From the IMG/VR virus record IMGVR_UViG_3300028593_000003: a stretch of 64,000 nucleotides of DNA, one strand, 5' to 3'. Position numbers and translations under genes: made by a program. This document shows, piece after piece, positions 60,336 to 64,000 of the stretch; positions within the stretch are counted from its first letter, which is position 1, and each line of letters opens with the position of its first letter. Under the pieces are notes generated by a model. The model ran no database searches. It was given only the letters and a program-made list of their open reading frames with translations, and was not told the DNA's origin. This DNA is from a virus (lineage: Duplodnaviria > Caudoviricetes).

Positions 60336-60700
60336 TTCACCTGCTCGAATTGGCTACACTTATATATTATCTGATCTTTGGACATTTGACAATTATGCTT
60401 ACAAAGATTACAGAGGCTCTTATTTTTTTCGAGAGAAATTGGATAGACCTTTTCATAAGATTTGGGTAAAATGAAAAGTTTTTCCACATCAAGCTCGTCC
60501 AATATTTCCTTTGCAACGGTGCTCGCTCTGCCTTGCAATCTCAAATATTGTTTGAGAGTAAGATAATTTTTGATATTTGGAACATCATCAACCTTGGTGA
60601 TTTTTTTCAAAAAATTGAATTTGTTCTTCCTCAAAATTCCAAGGTTCCAGCTTCCATCCGTATCCTTTACAACGGCCATTGCTTTTATGTTTATACTCAT
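60332..60700 (-). CDS. Hypothetical protein with a C-terminal Cys cluster
   Basis: GGAGG RBS before MSINIK; CNLCKHNC..C. Confidence 0.55.
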   Translation of the reverse strand: MSINIKAMAVVKDTDGSWNLGILRKNKFNFLKKITKVDDVPNIKNYLTLKQYLRLQGRASTVAKEILDELDVEKLFILPKSYEKVYPISLEKNKSLCNLCKHNCQMSKDQIIYKCSQFEQVN

Positions 60701-60727
60701 AAAACGCCTCCACATTTTATCTACTGT

Positions 60728-60801
60728 ATTATACCACAATTTGGCTTGATTGTAAATAGAAGTTTACACTTGAAATACAATATGTTATAATAGTATAAAT
60801 A
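60728..60801. promoter_or_regulatory. Back-to-back TTTACA-N17-TATAAT promoters plus a late promoter
   Basis: Minus: -35 at 60751-60756, -10 at 60728-60733 with TG extension. Plus: -35 at 60763-60768, -10 at 60786-60791. TATAAATA at 60794-60801. Confidence 0.75.
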
Positions 60802-60821
60802 CATATACAAGAGGATCTTCA

Positions 60822-61271
60822 ATGAATAATAACAATGATTTGGCCCAAGGTGAAGTTGTAGAAAGGGATAAAATCTGGAAAGAATTATATAATTTACACC
60901 CGATAGACAAGCAAGTCCAGTTTTCAGAACTCGATATACAGGAAAAAATCCGAAATCAACCATTTCTTTTACTCCAATATAATGACCTCTATTACAAGGA
61001 AAGGGCCCGGATGGATAAAATGTTGGAAGTTGTAGATAAAATACAGGGTACAAGATATGACTTCTACAAATTCAATTACGATAAAGAGCTGACAAAATAC
61101 GAAATAGAAAAGTTTTATCTTCCAAAAGACCCCACCCTCCTGAAAGCAAAGGAAAAACTGAGAAAACAACAATGGAGAGTTGACTTCTACAAAATGTGTT
61201 CTGATGCCATAAACAATCAAGGTTGGCAATTCAAATCGTATATGGAGGCCCTGAAACAGGGCCTTATGTGA
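60822..61271 (+). CDS. uvsY: Recombination mediator UvsY-like protein
   Basis: Helical; RY.FY, K.EI..YL..D, I...GWQ.K; upstream of uvsW. Confidence 0.65.
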   Translation: MNNNNDLAQGEVVERDKIWKELYNLHPIDKQVQFSELDIQEKIRNQPFLLLQYNDLYYKERARMDKMLEVVDKIQGTRYDFYKFNYDKELTKYEIEKFYLPKDPTLLKAKEKLRKQQWRVDFYKMCSDAINNQGWQFKSYMEALKQGLM

Positions 61272-61304
61272 TCATTATATCAATAAATATCAAAAAAGTA
61301 AACA

Positions 61305-61931
61305 ATGATAATTTATAAAGTAAGTAACAAAAAAACTGGTAAATCATATATTGGAAAAACAATTCTATCTATTTCCAAAAGGATTTCAAATCATCTGAAT
61401 GAAGCCCAAAGAAATAAAAAGAGATATGTATTTCATAATGCGCTAATAAAGTATGGTATAGACAATTTCAACATTGAAGTATTATGTCATTGCTCAAATA
61501 AAGATAATCTCAGTAAAATGGAGACATTCTATATTCAATATTATAATACGCACTATCTCGATGGATATGGTTATAATATGTCTTATGGTGGAGATGGACA
61601 AATTGGGCATATACATACAAAAGAAACAAGAAGAAAAATGAGTTTAGCACAAAAAGAAAGACATAAAAAATTTGGGCATCCATTGTCGGGTAAACATTTG
61701 ACAGAAAAGCATAAACATAGGCTTTCATTATTCTGGAAAGGAAAAGAAAGAAAAAAATGGACAGCCGAGCAAAAAAGAAAGGCCTCTGAATTTTGGAAAG
61801 GGAAAAGATCGGGTAAAAATAACTCGATGTATGGTAGAAAAAGAATTTTTTCTGATGAAACCAAAAAGAAAATAAGTGAGGCTGTGAAACTAGCGTGGCA
61901 AAAAAGAAAAGAAAATGGTTACAATTTGTAA
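61305..61931 (+). CDS. Free-standing GIY-YIG homing endonuclease with NUMOD3 repeats
   Basis: MIIYKV.N..TGK.YIGKT, GYN..YGG, H..ETRRKMS, MYG, ETKKKISE. Confidence 0.88.
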   Translation: MIIYKVSNKKTGKSYIGKTILSISKRISNHLNEAQRNKKRYVFHNALIKYGIDNFNIEVLCHCSNKDNLSKMETFYIQYYNTHYLDGYGYNMSYGGDGQIGHIHTKETRRKMSLAQKERHKKFGHPLSGKHLTEKHKHRLSLFWKGKERKKWTAEQKRKASEFWKGKRSGKNNSMYGRKRIFSDETKKKISEAVKLAWQKRKENGYNL

Positions 61932-63360
61932 ACACGACTTTCTGAACATCCAAATAAACACGGAAGATTACAAATATCTCCGAGAAGTGAGAGACTTCTT
62001 CTCAGCATATGTCGAAGGGTATCAATTTATGCCCTCCTTCACCCACGGTGGATGGGATGGAAGAGTTTCAATGTTGAACCTCTCCAACAAAACAATCCCC
62101 TATGGTCTATTGACAGACTTCATAAAGTTCCACAAAAAATATCATTCAGAGACAGAATTGAAAATAGAACAAGATGTTCTCAATTTCTTCCGTGGGAAGA
62201 ATGTTGATCCTGTATATGACTTGTCTCTCCAACCCCATTACTATCAGGATGATTGTATCAGGACTGCCCTCAAGTATAAACGGGGAATAATAAGGTCAGC
62301 CACAGCAAGTGGAAAGTCTCTTATCATATCCTACATAATCAAAACCCTGTTCGAAAACAACCTTTCAAAAAAGGTTCTCATCATTGTTCCCACAATTTCT
62401 CTGGTAGAGCAGTTTTATGGTGACCTCTTGGAATATGGTTATTTCAAAAAAGAAGTCTTGGGAAGGGTTTATGAGAAATGTAAGGAGTTTGACAGGAAGG
62501 TTGTCATTTCCACCTGGCAGACATTGAGCCGAAATCACAAATTACTTCCCCAATTCGATTGTCTGATATGTGATGAAACACACGGAGCCAAGGCACACGA
62601 AATCAAGAAAATCCTCAGCAAATGCACACAAGCGGATTACCGCTGGGGATTTACTGGTACACTTCCCACACCAAAAATCGACATATGGAATGTCAAGTCA
62701 TACCTTGGCCCGATATTGAGAGAGTATGGTGCTGGTCAGCTTGGGGATGAGGGATATATCAGCAAATGTAATGTCAAGTTTGTTGGAATACATTACAAGG
62801 GGAACTATAAGGGAACCTATGAGGAAATCAAAGATGCCATTTTCAGAAATCATTTCAGGCTGAATACCATCAGGGATATCATCAAATCCGTGGACAAAAA
62901 TATCCTCGTACTGGTTGCCAGAGTAGAAAAGGAGGGGATATTGCTGAAGCAGTATCTTGAAAAAAACCCAGTTGACAGCAGGGAAATTGTATTTCTGTAC
63001 GGAAAAACAAAGGTCGAGGACAGGGAATATTGGAGAAAGGAATGTGAAAGAAGAAACGATATCATTCTGATCGCGACTTATGGTATATTCCAGATGGGTG
63101 TCAACATTCCATCATTGAAGTATGTCATTCTCGCCAGCCCGTTCAAAAGCAAAATCAGGGTTCTTCAATCAATTGGTAGAAGTTTGAGAAAACACGCGGA
63201 TAAACTGGACGGGGCCTATGTATTCGATATTTTCGACAACTGTAAATATCTGAGAGACCACGGTATAAAAAGAGAACGACATTATATATCTGAGGGGTTC
63301 AAGGTCGAAGATATCCCTCTTGAAGAAGGATCATCATTTTTTCCCACCGAAAACCAGTAG
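61915..63360 (+). CDS. uvsW: UvsW DNA helicase
   Basis: GWDG, YQ, ATASGKS, VPT..LV.Q, STWQ, DETH, TGT, GVNIP.L, LQSIGR.LR. Confidence 0.93.
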   Translation: MVTICKHDFLNIQINTEDYKYLREVRDFFSAYVEGYQFMPSFTHGGWDGRVSMLNLSNKTIPYGLLTDFIKFHKKYHSETELKIEQDVLNFFRGKNVDPVYDLSLQPHYYQDDCIRTALKYKRGIIRSATASGKSLIISYIIKTLFENNLSKKVLIIVPTISLVEQFYGDLLEYGYFKKEVLGRVYEKCKEFDRKVVISTWQTLSRNHKLLPQFDCLICDETHGAKAHEIKKILSKCTQADYRWGFTGTLPTPKIDIWNVKSYLGPILREYGAGQLGDEGYISKCNVKFVGIHYKGNYKGTYEEIKDAIFRNHFRLNTIRDIIKSVDKNILVLVARVEKEGILLKQYLEKNPVDSREIVFLYGKTKVEDREYWRKECERRNDIILIATYGIFQMGVNIPSLKYVILASPFKSKIRVLQSIGRSLRKHADKLDGAYVFDIFDNCKYLRDHGIKRERHYISEGFKVEDIPLEEGSSFFPTENQ

Positions 63361-63999
63361 ATGTGATTTTCCCAAATTACTTTTCATCATCGAAGAAAAA
63401 TAATCCTTGTATTTTTTTATGTATTTGTTGATATCCGGTTGATGCTTGTTTATATGATCTTTTTTTTCTGGTTTGCCGAGCAGAACATCTGACGGAAATG
63501 AAATAATCATTACACCCTCCTTATTCAATACGCTCACAAAATCATCTACCAATCTGAAAGCATTTTTTCCTTCAAGGTGTTCCAATGTTTCAATACAGAG
63601 AATTACATCCACCTTCGGCACTTTTGTTTTTATATCGTCCTGCTCAAGGTCGAGACAAAAAGTATGACACCCAAAATCAAATAGCCTCTCAAGTTTGTCT
63701 TTGGCTATATCAACACAATAATAGTTCTTTGGATTGACCCCCTTTTGAAACAGGAAATAATCGGCAACATTATGACCATCACCGGAGGCACAATCAAGCC
63801 AGTTTCCCCCATTGAAATACTTATTCGGAACAAGAAAAGATAGATGAATTGCCTTGCTATCTTCCAGATTTGCCCTACTTCTTTTATTGAGGATGAGAGC
63901 CTCCATACATAATTTTTTTATCTCCTCATTATCCGTCAGGTCATATATCTTTTTTACCTTTTCTGATATTGTTCCTCTCACATTGATTTTTTCTTTCAT
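63334..63999 (-). CDS. Class I SAM-dependent methyltransferase
   Basis: LDCASGDG, VDI, ETLEHL, G..IISFP; start lies at the window edge and may be further upstream. Confidence 0.75.
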   Translation of the reverse strand: MKEKINVRGTISEKVKKIYDLTDNEEIKKLCMEALILNKRSRANLEDSKAIHLSFLVPNKYFNGGNWLDCASGDGHNVADYFLFQKGVNPKNYYCVDIAKDKLERLFDFGCHTFCLDLEQDDIKTKVPKVDVILCIETLEHLEGKNAFRLVDDFVSVLNKEGVMIISFPSDVLLGKPEKKDHINKHQPDINKYIKKYKDYFSSMMKSNLGKSHLLVFGGKK

Positions 64000-64000
64000 T

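Noticed and set aside
1-64000. Stop-codon reassignment as the cause of the many short ORFs
   Set aside because: Core genes are full length in code 11, TAA, TAG and TGA all end genes, and the short ORFs have their own leaders and coupled start/stop overlaps.
1-64000. tRNA or other structured RNA genes
   Set aside because: Intergenic gaps are short and none showed a cloverleaf or T-loop signature by eye; only the inferred TnpB omega-RNA is plausible.

Overview
A 64 kb piece of a large T4-like tailed phage genome, read in the standard genetic code and mostly on the minus strand. It holds the head and packaging genes (portal gp20, prohead protease gp21, scaffold gp22, major capsid gp23, TerS/TerL, neck gp13/gp14, gp2, gp4), a lysis cassette, a long fibre/appendage module and part of the replication module (split family-B DNA polymerase, gp41 helicase, UvsW/UvsY, UDG, DNA methyltransferase). 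T4-type late promoters (TATAAATA) and TTTACA-N17-TATAAT promoters are visible. Highlights: (1) about 24 otherwise unrelated ORFs share an N-terminal (Y/F)-L-x-E leader that matches the capsid maturation site and resembles the T4 capsid-targeting sequence, suggesting a large packaged cargo that includes enzymes; (2) a 1385-aa methyltransferase/GT4/AAH-TibC-like glycosyltransferase lies beside fibre proteins with long (G-T-S/G-S-S)n collagen-like tracts, a candidate virion O-glycosylation system; (3) a complete prkA-yeaH-spoVR operon sits between terS and terL; (4) an intact IS607/TnpB element with a passenger ORF splits a cargo gene at a GG core; (5) the DNA polymerase is split through its palm by a GIY-YIG endonuclease with no room for an intron. 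All functional calls come from motifs recognised by eye; no searches were run.
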